Below are positions 44,535-54,229 of a stretch of 64,000 bases of DNA, piece by piece. The position numbers and the translations under genes were made by a program. A model generated the notes under the pieces. The model was given only the letters and a program-made list of their open reading frames with translations. It did not search any database and was not told where the DNA came from. Origin of the DNA: Chlorobiota bacterium (GTDB lineage: Bacteria > Bacteroidota > Ignavibacteria > Kapaibacteriales > UBA2268); NCBI GenBank assembly GCA_046290495.1, contig JBKAGT010000005.1, forward strand, positions 897,550 to 961,549, read 5' to 3'. Each line of letters opens with the position of its first letter. The stretch's first letter is position 1.

Positions 44535-45094
44535 TTTTTCTCCATTGCATTAATACATTCCTCTCTAATTTCCCATATACTATCAAGAGAGTATTTCATA
44601 TTATTATTTTCAATTTCTGATTCTATTATGTCTCTATGTATTCTAATTTTATTCTCAACTACATCAATTGGCTCTATTTTTCTTTCATGAATTAAGTATT
44701 TTTTGAATTTATTGTAGTACGAATCTTGTCTTGTAAAGTCATATTTTTCTCCTTCAATCTCTAAGTAACAATGTGCTTCAGGGATATAATCCAAATCATA
44801 TTTCTCAATTACTTTTTTTATTCCGTCCGTGTTGTAGATATTCATTCTATAAACACCAAGTATAAGTATTACATTAGGAATTTCATTTTCATTGGCCAAT
44901 AACTTTAATAACGCATGTTTCGAGCTACAAGTTCCTTTTTTTTCATTCAATACTAAACTAAAGTCAGCTCTATCTTTATTTCTGCCGTAGGGCAGCTTCT
45001 TTACATACTCTATAGCCTGACCCCAATATTCAATTTCGGCTTCCTTGAATAAGGATGTTATTTTAGAATTTGAATTTAATTTATAGTCCTTCAA
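44531..45094 (-). CDS. Hypothetical protein
   Basis: 187-aa ORF with 4-bp overlaps to neighbours; no confident family. Confidence 0.45.
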   Translation of the reverse strand: MKDYKLNSNSKITSLFKEAEIEYWGQAIEYVKKLPYGRNKDRADFSLVLNEKKGTCSSKHALLKLLANENEIPNVILILGVYRMNIYNTDGIKKVIEKYDLDYIPEAHCYLEIEGEKYDFTRQDSYYNKFKKYLIHERKIEPIDVVENKIRIHRDIIESEIENNNMKYSLDSIWEIREECINAMEKK

Positions 45095-45728
45095 GTGTCA
45101 CTCCTGCAAAATCATCTGAATGCCATTCACAACCACTATCCAAGAGAAGACGTTTGTTTTTTTCACCTATCCCAAAGAAATTTATATTTAAATTTTTTGC
45201 TGTTTTTAAGTCCCAAATTCCATCTCCAAATAGAATTATATCATCAAATTCATCTTGACTATACTCCATTTTAGACTTCTCTATTGCATCAGTAACAATG
45301 TCTTCTCGACTCTCAATATCATTAGAACAAGCTAAAACAGAGTTGTATTCGCTTAAACCAAGAGAATCTAGTTTGAATTGTGCAGGTTTTTTGAGTGATC
45401 CAGTTGCGAAACAATAACAATAATCATTATTTACTTCTACATTGTTTAAAAAGCTTTTTGCTCCTCTGATTTCAATAATTCTTTCTTTATTGAATTTGTT
45501 AATCATCATAGATTCGAAATCAATTAGACATTGAAATGAATAGTCTGAATCTATTTCGGAAGTGTAAATTTCTCTGAAAATATATGAATCTGTGTGATGT
45601 ATGTACGAACCAAAATCGTAACTATCTTTCTTGCTTCCAAGTTTTTTCAAACATTCTACGAAAAATCTCTGATGTAATTCAGCTGTTTTGGTTAAAGTAT
45701 CATCAATATCAAACACCAAAAGCTTCAT
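45081..45728 (-). CDS. HAD-superfamily hydrolase
   Basis: Motif I LLVFDIDDTLT. Confidence 0.7.
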   Translation of the reverse strand: MKLLVFDIDDTLTKTAELHQRFFVECLKKLGSKKDSYDFGSYIHHTDSYIFREIYTSEIDSDYSFQCLIDFESMMINKFNKERIIEIRGAKSFLNNVEVNNDYCYCFATGSLKKPAQFKLDSLGLSEYNSVLACSNDIESREDIVTDAIEKSKMEYSQDEFDDIILFGDGIWDLKTAKNLNINFFGIGEKNKRLLLDSGCEWHSDDFAGVTLEGL

Positions 45729-45736
45729 TTATAGAC

Positions 45737-47086
45737 TCAACCCAATACTGGAAGTGCTAACCCTTTGTCTGCTGTTAGCTTCTTGCTGGTTTTTAGTTCT
45801 GTTAATTTTCCAAAGACTCTACTTTCAACCATTTCTGTGAGTGTAATTCTATGGGGTACTTGGTCCAAGTCTTCAGGAGCAGGGAATATAACATTGACAT
45901 AGTTTTCTGTCCAGCCTCGCCACATCCCATTCTGCTCATTGTACATTTCTGGTATAACTACTCTGTCAGTTCCAACTTGAGACTTGTCAAATTCTATTCT
46001 CTTTTTATCTGAAAGATCTCTTAGCTGATGTGTTCTTTCTTTTCTCACATCGTGTGGAACTACGCCAGTCATTTTTGCGGCTTTTGTGTTCTCTCTCTCT
46101 GAGTATGTGAATACATGCAAGTAAGACACAGGAAGACCTTTTAGGAAATCATAAGTTTCTTGAGCTAACTCATCAGTTTCGCCTGGGAAACCAACGATAA
46201 CATCAACACCAATGCAGCAATGTGGCATCACTTCCTTAATTCTGAGAACCAAATCGTGATAGTAAGTCGCCTTATATCTTCGCTTCATCTTCCTCAAAAG
46301 CTCTTGTGAACCAGATTGAAGTGGTATATGGAAGTGAGGAACAATATTCTTAGAATTAGCAACAACTTCCAATACTTCTTCTGAAAGCAAATTTGGTTCA
46401 ATGGAAGAAATTCGGATTCTAAGGTCACCAGACTTCTCATCGATTAGCTTCAGAGCATCGACAAACTTCTTTCCATCAGGTGTTTTATAATCACCAAGAT
46501 TTATACCTGATAATACTACTTCTCTATATCCGTCCTTCTGCAATTGCTCCAACTCCCCTGCTATTTGCTCAAAAGGCATAGAACGGCTGCCACCACGTGC
46601 AAGAGGGATAGTACAGAACGAACAATGATAGTCACATCCATCTTGTAATTTCAAAACGGCTCTTGTTCTACCAGAGTTATCGGATACTGCTGAAGTGTGG
46701 AAAGGAGCGTCATCCAAATCAGATACAAATATCTCGGTGCTCTTATTCTTGTGGAAATTTTCTATTAGCTTGGGTATTTCAAACTTGTGCTTAGTTCCTA
46801 TCACGGCATCCACACCTTCAATCTTAGCGAGTTGTTCTGGTTGAAGCTGAGCATAGCAACCCAGCACCCCGACGAATGCCTCAGGTGAGCGACGCAACGC
46901 ACGGCGAACAATCTTACGACAATCAGCATCAGCCCTGTGAGTAACAGTGCAAGTATTGATAAGCACTATGTCGGATTTTTCTTCGAACTCCACGACAGAA
47001 TGCCCTAGCTCTTCGAACTGTTTTGCTATTCGTGATATGTCTGCTAAATTGACCTTGCAGCCAAGATTATAGAAACTAATATTCAT
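45737..47086 (-). CDS. Radical-SAM tRNA methylthiotransferase, MtaB/MiaB-like
   Basis: N-terminal MTTase Cys triad (C..C..C), radical SAM CDYHCSFCTIP, C-terminal TRAM-like region; 449 aa favours MtaB. Confidence 0.75.
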   Translation of the reverse strand: MNISFYNLGCKVNLADISRIAKQFEELGHSVVEFEEKSDIVLINTCTVTHRADADCRKIVRRALRRSPEAFVGVLGCYAQLQPEQLAKIEGVDAVIGTKHKFEIPKLIENFHKNKSTEIFVSDLDDAPFHTSAVSDNSGRTRAVLKLQDGCDYHCSFCTIPLARGGSRSMPFEQIAGELEQLQKDGYREVVLSGINLGDYKTPDGKKFVDALKLIDEKSGDLRIRISSIEPNLLSEEVLEVVANSKNIVPHFHIPLQSGSQELLRKMKRRYKATYYHDLVLRIKEVMPHCCIGVDVIVGFPGETDELAQETYDFLKGLPVSYLHVFTYSERENTKAAKMTGVVPHDVRKERTHQLRDLSDKKRIEFDKSQVGTDRVVIPEMYNEQNGMWRGWTENYVNVIFPAPEDLDQVPHRITLTEMVESRVFGKLTELKTSKKLTADKGLALPVLG

Positions 47087-47172
47087 AAGTAATCTAAGAA
47101 TTTAATTCTTTGTAAACTAAAGAACTACAAAATTACAAGAATATTTTGAAATAAGGAAAGAAAAGAGAGAAT

Positions 47173-49059
47173 CTACTCTTTCACAAACTTGCCACCGTGT
47201 GTGTTCTCATCCAAGATTATATTATACACTCCTGCTGGTAAGTTACTTGTGTTTATCCCTTCGCCATGGTAGTTACCTATTGACATTACTACTTTGCCAG
47301 TCAAATCAATTATAGAAACCGATGTTGGCTCATCCACACTGATATTCAGCATATCGCCCGTTGGGTTGGGATATAGATTTACTTCTTCAGCTGGCTGGGT
47401 TTCAACGCTAGATACCGTTTGGAATGTATTGTCTATGCGGTAGAGTTTGAATTCATTATTACCGTAATAGTCTGCGTAGAAATATACATGATTTTTATAA
47501 TAAAATGGATCTGAATAATGATCTACTCTTTCACTTGCATCAGCGTTAATTATTTCTTCTAGTTTGTTTTGATGTTCATTATAGAAATAAAGTCTTCTGT
47601 CCCAATTCATATACAATATATCATCGTAGACATATAAATCTCTCATCGAACCGTCTTCAAAAGTGTGAATATATTCTAATTTCTGTGTTAACCTATCGTA
47701 GAAATGTATATTCTGTTGGTCGGCTATTAAAATTATTTTATTATCAAAGCTTTTATAAGCAGTCTGCATGTATTCTTTAATCGGAATCGTTACATTTTTG
47801 GAAAGGTTAATAACTTCTTCAGTTGAATTCGGCGTACCATTTGATCTTCCAAGCTTAGATTGTCCATATTTGTTCTCATACTCAAAATAAAAGTAAGACT
47901 CCAAAGGAACAATTGAATAGTAATAAATTCCACTCCTAACTGTATCACCAGAAAGTAATTTATGAGTTCCTTCTTTTGTTCCATCAGTTGACCATAACTC
48001 ATTAGAATTATTACCAATTGTAAACATTTGTTTATTTCCTATTTGTCTAATCAGACCAATCTGATAAACTTTTTTATTAAAGAAACTATCGTCCAAAATA
48101 GTAACATTGCTCGAAGTACCATCTGTAATAATTAGTTTCATTTCTGTATTATGGTCAGCCCTCTCGTCTCTAGCAGTTATTAAATATTTACCATTTAATT
48201 CAGAAAAATTAGCAATATCTCTTAGAAAACTTAAAGAATCTGTCTCACCAATTAAATTGAATGTTCCTTCAGGAGTGCCGTCTGTAGACCATAGATTTTG
48301 TACATCGCTATCTGCATCAACTTTGTTATTAAAAAACAACTTACTAACTTTCGGTGTTTGCCACGAATTATGAAGTTCGCTATAGCTATTTGGAATTTCA
48401 ATCAATTTAGTTGTACTACCATCAACTCCAAATTCATAAAGTGTATTTGTTATACCATCTTCTGAACTATATTCTCTGAAAACTAATCTATCACCAACTA
48501 CTTGTACTAATAGACTGTGTAAATTATATTTCTCATTATAATTATATGTATTTTTTGCTGTCCCATCTGTACCCCACAGTTCGTAAGCTACTTTATCTTG
48601 GTTATAAATAATGAAATAGTAAATATTGTCAAAAATAAAATGATAACTTTCATACTTAATATTATTCATAAACGAATAATAATGCATGTCGATTTTCTTT
48701 ACAATTTCTGTGCTTTCAAGTGTACCACCAGTTGACCAAATAACCGTCGACTCATATCCATCTGCAGCGGTAGAAAAGAGTAATTTACCGTTCACATTTC
48801 CAAGTATAGTAGGGTCAAGATATTTTGATTTATCTAAATTTGTTACTAGTTCTAGCCCCTTTTCAGATCCGTCAAATTTCCATATTTGGTTACTATCAGT
48901 CCCTTGTCTCCCAACTACATAAACTTCATCATTATACTCATGGAACCAATTGAAAAAGGATTTTGTTACATAATCCTCAGGGCTATAAAGCTCCGGCTCC
49001 AACGAACTGAGATTGCAGAAAGCAAAAGTAAAAAGTGCTAAGTATATTATATATTTCAT
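47173..49059 (-). CDS. ELWxxDGT-repeat protein with T9SS C-terminal domain
   Basis: Repeats ELWGTDGTAKNT, NLWSTDGTPEGT, ELWSTDGTKEGT; C-terminus NLYPNPTGDMLNISVDEPTSVSIIDLTGKVV...AGVYNIILDENTHGGKFVKE. Confidence 0.8.
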   Translation of the reverse strand: MKYIIYLALFTFAFCNLSSLEPELYSPEDYVTKSFFNWFHEYNDEVYVVGRQGTDSNQIWKFDGSEKGLELVTNLDKSKYLDPTILGNVNGKLLFSTAADGYESTVIWSTGGTLESTEIVKKIDMHYYSFMNNIKYESYHFIFDNIYYFIIYNQDKVAYELWGTDGTAKNTYNYNEKYNLHSLLVQVVGDRLVFREYSSEDGITNTLYEFGVDGSTTKLIEIPNSYSELHNSWQTPKVSKLFFNNKVDADSDVQNLWSTDGTPEGTFNLIGETDSLSFLRDIANFSELNGKYLITARDERADHNTEMKLIITDGTSSNVTILDDSFFNKKVYQIGLIRQIGNKQMFTIGNNSNELWSTDGTKEGTHKLLSGDTVRSGIYYYSIVPLESYFYFEYENKYGQSKLGRSNGTPNSTEEVINLSKNVTIPIKEYMQTAYKSFDNKIILIADQQNIHFYDRLTQKLEYIHTFEDGSMRDLYVYDDILYMNWDRRLYFYNEHQNKLEEIINADASERVDHYSDPFYYKNHVYFYADYYGNNEFKLYRIDNTFQTVSSVETQPAEEVNLYPNPTGDMLNISVDEPTSVSIIDLTGKVVMSIGNYHGEGINTSNLPAGVYNIILDENTHGGKFVKE

Positions 49060-49095
49060 AAAAAATCCGATTGTTTTTAATAATTACAAGAGTAC

Positions 49096-50992
49096 CTACT
49101 CCTTAACGAACTTGCCACCGTGTGTGTTCTCATCCAAGATTATATTATAGACTCCTGCTGATAAATCACTTGTGTTTATCCTTTCGCCATTGTAGTTATC
49201 AATTGACATTACTACTTTGCCAGTCAAATCAATTATAGAAACCCTTGTTGGCTCATCCACACTGATATTCAGCATATCACCTGTTGGGTTGGGATATAGA
49301 TTTACTTCTTCAGTTGGCTGGGTTTCAACGCTTGATACCGTTTGGAATGTATTGTCTATGCGGTAGAGTTTATGCCCATCGCTATAGTAATCGGCAATGA
49401 AATATAAATGATCTTTGAACAGGATTTTATTTGTATGAATTGAGTATAACGGTACATCAGTAACATTTGGCTCAATTTCCTCGAATTTATTTCTGTAGTC
49501 ATTAAAGTAATAATAATTTTCAGTGCCATACTTCATGTATAGGGACTCATCAAACTTTTCTAGCCTATAATGATCTGATACCACATCTAATTTTTCAATA
49601 AATGTCAAATCCATAGTCTTTAGATTTAATTTGTAATACATCCTATTTCTGACAGAAAAGATTATATTTTCTTTGTATTCAATACTGTGTAAGAAAACAC
49701 TCCCTATTTCATTATCTAAGTAATCATTTAAATTAACTACTTCATTTGTATTTTCAGCAGTACCATCACTTTCTACAATTACTACGTTCCCGTCATCTTT
49801 GTAAATTGGGAAATATAGTCTTTCATTTGATTTAACAGAATGAAATCCCCCCCCCATGTTTAGCAGTAATCAACAAATTTGTACCTTCCTCAGTTCCGTC
49901 AGTTGACCAAATATACCGCTGATCATTTTTGTAGTCCGATGCTTCGAGTAAAAACTTATCGCCAACTTTACCTAAGCCGTTAATATCTAAATCACTATTA
50001 GCCCCTACAATATCAGATAAATTTAGAGTTTTTTCTACTGTGCCATCTGTATATAGAACTTTATAAGCATAGTTTAAATCTTGGTCATACTCTCTATAGG
50101 TTATTAAATAGTTCTCACCGTATTTTACTATTCTTTTAGGCCAATCTCCTAAATTATCATAATTAGAAAACTCTTTAAATTTGAATGTCCCCTTAGTTGT
50201 ACCATCAGTAACCCAGATAGCAGCTTTATTTACGTCACTGTGATCGTGATAAAAGAACATTTTGCTTTTTATTTCTTCGTCATCATAAATAATCATTGGA
50301 TAAATTTGATATTCAAATTCAGCTAATTTGATTCTTTCATTATTAAAATCAGTGCTATACAACTCTCTTTTGCTACTCTCCCCAGGTAAGGCATCACTGT
50401 AACCTATAGTCACAATCCTATCATCCATATGATAAAAATCAGTAAGTTCATAAATATTATTTTCTTCGCTATAGTTCAAAGTACCTTCTTTTGTACCGTC
50501 CGTCCTCCATAACTCAAATAATTTTTTTTCTCTGTTATAAACATTTAAATAAAAAAATCCATTAAAAGAAAATGACTGAGTATAAATTAGGCCCATAAAT
50601 TCATCATATCTATAATCAAAGCCATCAATTAGTTTGACTTCCTCATCAACACCATTAGTTGACCAAATATCAACCGTCTCGCCTTCATTTGACTGAGTAA
50701 AAAACAGTACATTGCCGTTAACAATTTCTATCAGCTTAGGGGCAGCTCCCTCAGGCAGATTAGTTATTCTTTCCATTCCCTCTTTGGTACCATCAAACTT
50801 CCATATTTCGCCATTATACATCTCATCAGTTGCCACTTTATAGGCAAAATTATCGTCTGCTAAAAAAATCTCGTTTATTAAAAATGTTTCATTTGAAAAT
50901 TCAACCCCTTCAGGACTGTAAAGCTCTGGTTCTAATGCCATTAGAATGTTTGCGACTAACAAGGCTAACAATATGTATATTAATTTCTTCAT
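49096..50992 (-). pseudogene. Paralogous ELWxxDGT-repeat T9SS cargo gene split by a -1/+1 frameshift inside a poly-G(9) tract (poly-C at 49847..49855 on the + strand); possibly phase-variable
   Basis: ORF 49832..50992 ends ...AKHGGGISFC-stop and ORF 49096..49857 begins MGGGFHSVK; removing one G fuses them into about 632 aa, matching the 628-aa paralog. Confidence 0.75.
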
Positions 50993-51122
50993 AAGGGGTA
51001 CCGTAAATTTTAATGTGTTTTTCTATTAATTAACGTAAATATACAAATTCATGTTGATTTTAACAAACTGTTAATTTTCATTGCTACTGTAAAATGATTA
51101 CTTTTTCCCTAAGTTTGCATAA

Positions 51123-52067
51123 ATGAAACCGAAGATTAGCATAAACAATAATATCAGAACAGCGCTATTCCTTTTAGTAATAGGATTGTGTTTGTCATCA
51201 TTTGTATCTAGTCCATTGGCTTTGGTTTTGGGGTTTGTGTTTGTCTTTCTTTTTGGACATCCTTTTGAAGAGCTGAACAGCAAGGCAGTTAAGATATTAC
51301 TCAAAATGGCTGTTGTTGGACTGGGCTTTGGTATGAATATCACAGAAACACTCGCAGCGGGTAAAGACGGGTTTTTGATAACCGTTTCTTCTATTATTTT
51401 TACCCTTATTCTTGGGTATATGATAGGAAAGAAACTGAAGATGGAGAAGCGAACTAGCCACCTTTTATCTTCAGGGACTGCTATCTGTGGAGGTAGTGCT
51501 ATAGCAGCTGTAGCACCAGTTATCGATGCTACTGAGAAAGATATGTCAATTTCGCTTGGAGTTGTATTTCTTCTGAATTCACTTGCACTGATAATATTCC
51601 CTTTCTTAGGTGAAATATTGGAACTAACACAACATCAATTTGGACTGTGGGCAGCTATCGCCATACATGACACTAGTTCAGTTGTGGGTGCTGCCTATGC
51701 CTATGGTGATGAAGCTCTGAAAATAGCTACTACAGTTAAGCTAGCAAGAGCCTTGTGGATTATTCCACTTTCTTTTGTATCGCTATACCTATTCAAAGGA
51801 AAGGGTAAATCAGTCAAAATACCTTGGTTTATATTCCTATTCATCATAGCAATATTGATGAACACATATTTAGTTATACCTATATCATTAACATCTGGCA
51901 TTACTTCAATATCTAAATCATTGCTTGTGCTGACATTATTCTTGATCGGAGCAGGACTATCAGTTGAAAAAATAAAGTCAGCAGGTATAAAACCTATGGT
52001 ACTCGGTGTATCGCTTTGGGTTGCTATATCTGTGTTGTCGTTGTTGGTTATTGTTGGGGTTTATTGA
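51123..52067 (+). CDS. Putative sulfate exporter family transporter (YeiH/UPF0324)
   Basis: Polytopic membrane protein; conserved HLLSSGTAICGGSAIAAVAPVI and AIAIHDTSSVVGAAYAYG blocks. Confidence 0.7.
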   Translation: MKPKISINNNIRTALFLLVIGLCLSSFVSSPLALVLGFVFVFLFGHPFEELNSKAVKILLKMAVVGLGFGMNITETLAAGKDGFLITVSSIIFTLILGYMIGKKLKMEKRTSHLLSSGTAICGGSAIAAVAPVIDATEKDMSISLGVVFLLNSLALIIFPFLGEILELTQHQFGLWAAIAIHDTSSVVGAAYAYGDEALKIATTVKLARALWIIPLSFVSLYLFKGKGKSVKIPWFIFLFIIAILMNTYLVIPISLTSGITSISKSLLVLTLFLIGAGLSVEKIKSAGIKPMVLGVSLWVAISVLSLLVIVGVY

Positions 52068-52735
52068 ATTATATACTCCGAAAGCACTATGTGATGATTG
52101 ATATAAGTGGTGTTCTTAGGATAATCATCATAGAGCAATGACATGACATGTCCTTGACCACTTTTGAATAATAGACTTCCTGACCTATCTCCTTGCATTA
52201 CTTGAATTTTCATACATGTCATTTTCCCAAATGGAGAATCGACTTTTACTTTTCTCTCTATAATATTTCCAGTTATTTTCTGAGCAATGATGTCGTCAGA
52301 CCAACCATCAGGTATAAATATATATGGCACTATTGTACTGTCAAGTGGTTCTTTGTTCGAGACTAAAACTCCCTCAGATGTTTCGACTGCATATTGAAAG
52401 TTAATACTAGTATCTTGTGTTTCATATTCTATGTATTTATTCTGAATAGTGTAAACAGGAGTAACTAATAACTCTTCACCAAAATAAATTTCATAGTACA
52501 TTAAGTTTACAACTCTTTTCTGGTATTCTCCTACCCTAGTAAGTTCTCCTTCAGTTAACTGACTAAAGTGTATCATTTTCCAATAATTCCCAACCGTTAA
52601 AGGGAAATAATCTAATACATATTCTTCTGGGTCATCTTCAACACTTAATTCCCCCAAATTATTTTCTTTGGAATTCGCTTCAACATAATTTATAATTGAA
52701 AAAATAAATACAAATAATATTAGTAAAACTTTCAT
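52061..52735 (-). CDS. Secreted hypothetical protein, member 3 of a tandem paralog family
   Basis: Signal peptide; shared YxxYFPLxxG...VPVY motifs with the two upstream genes. Confidence 0.5.
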   Translation of the reverse strand: MKVLLILFVFIFSIINYVEANSKENNLGELSVEDDPEEYVLDYFPLTVGNYWKMIHFSQLTEGELTRVGEYQKRVVNLMYYEIYFGEELLVTPVYTIQNKYIEYETQDTSINFQYAVETSEGVLVSNKEPLDSTIVPYIFIPDGWSDDIIAQKITGNIIERKVKVDSPFGKMTCMKIQVMQGDRSGSLLFKSGQGHVMSLLYDDYPKNTTYINHHIVLSEYIIQ

Positions 52736-52775
52736 CTTTATTCAGTTCGAATTATTAGTAGCTAATTATCATTTT

Positions 52776-53435
52776 TTACTTTGTCTTAATAAATTTACTA
52801 GATTCAATTGGGATTCCATTTAGCAAAGACTTATCACTGCTTAAACCAAAATCCTTTTTATAAATATAACTTCGTGTTTTGGTGATACCATAAACGTCAA
52901 TTTCTTTTTTTACTTCCAAGAACTCACCCTCTTCTAAATTTTCAGATATATTTGAGCCATACATAGCATCAAATCCTAATCTTTTTAAAACTGATAAATA
53001 CTTCTTAGATGTTGGAACAAATCTTTCTATTTCTATTGTTAGGTATGGACCTATTACATCTGTGAACACTATACCTTCTTTCATTGGTATTATATATTGA
53101 TATTTTTCATCAATCATATCGTCACCCACATAAAAATTTATTTGCATTTTGTAAACAGGAACTTTTTGTAGCTTACTAGCTATAGTAAGTTCAAACATAC
53201 CAAATTTGATGATCTTTTCTGATCTCCATTGTTTAGGCTTGTTTGTGACTTCCCCAATCTCAATTTTTAGATAATCTTTTCGTACCCCTAATTCTAGAGG
53301 GTAATACTCATTATAATATTCCTCGTGATTACTAATTGGGGATAAAGAGTCGAACCCATTATTATATAATGAACAAGAAAATAGTAGTAAGTTTATTAGC
53401 GATATGTATATTAGAAGTTTTATTATTCTCAGCAT
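52776..53435 (-). CDS. Hypothetical lipoprotein, member 2 of a tandem paralog family
   Basis: LLLFSCSLYNNG lipobox; EEYYNEYYPLELG...VPVYKM. Confidence 0.5.
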   Translation of the reverse strand: MLRIIKLLIYISLINLLLFSCSLYNNGFDSLSPISNHEEYYNEYYPLELGVRKDYLKIEIGEVTNKPKQWRSEKIIKFGMFELTIASKLQKVPVYKMQINFYVGDDMIDEKYQYIIPMKEGIVFTDVIGPYLTIEIERFVPTSKKYLSVLKRLGFDAMYGSNISENLEEGEFLEVKKEIDVYGITKTRSYIYKKDFGLSSDKSLLNGIPIESSKFIKTK

Positions 53436-53444
53436 TTCGTTTCC

Positions 53445-54107
53445 TTAATAAACTTTTGTGTCTTCAGGTTCGTAAATCATATCATAAATTAAAATCCCCT
53501 CAAGTGTCCTAATATCTCGTACTAGTCCGACGTTTCTTCTATAAAACCTTTCTCGGTAAACTAAACTAGAATGAAAATATATTTTATCTTTTATAATCAA
53601 TAAATCATGCCCTTTCCATTCTAGTTCTGAGATGTTATTAACCATATCTATATTTAATATTAAGTTTCTTAAGCCATCAAACTCTTCAGAAGATGGGATA
53701 AATTCATTAATTATCAAATTTTTCTTTTCTGATAATATAGTTGTAAAAGCAATACCTTCTTTCGTTTTTAATAAGTACACTTCAGATTCAGATTTAAGTA
53801 ATGGTCCTTCGTATTCAAAATATTTCAACCTGAATACTGGCACATTCATTAACCGACCACCAAGTTTTATTTTTTTCTCTTTATATTCTGTTACTACACT
53901 TACTTCTGTATTAGATAAAACCATTTTATCATTTTCTAAGCTATAGATATTATAATTCATTTCTTTCCCTATTTCTATTGGGAAAAAATCATTTTGATAT
54001 TCTAAATAATTCTCAACTGGAGTTAGTTTGTTAGTGCCATTGTGGTAGACAGTGCAGCCGAACATGATAAGAAATAAAACACTTATTAAAATCAATCTAA
54101 GTTTCAT
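53445..54107 (-). CDS. Hypothetical lipoprotein, member 1 of a tandem paralog family
   Basis: LIMFGCTVYHNG lipobox; YLEYQNDFFPIEIG...VPVFRL. Confidence 0.5.
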   Translation of the reverse strand: MKLRLILISVLFLIMFGCTVYHNGTNKLTPVENYLEYQNDFFPIEIGKEMNYNIYSLENDKMVLSNTEVSVVTEYKEKKIKLGGRLMNVPVFRLKYFEYEGPLLKSESEVYLLKTKEGIAFTTILSEKKNLIINEFIPSSEEFDGLRNLILNIDMVNNISELEWKGHDLLIIKDKIYFHSSLVYRERFYRRNVGLVRDIRTLEGILIYDMIYEPEDTKVY

Positions 54108-54229
54108 ACTCTTCCTGTTTTTTATTATTCTATAAAGTTAATAATTACTATCCAAATCCACAAATTTTAACTTATTATAAATTTCTTCGTATTTTTGTTT
54201 TTTATACAATTTCAACAAAGAAAAATAAT

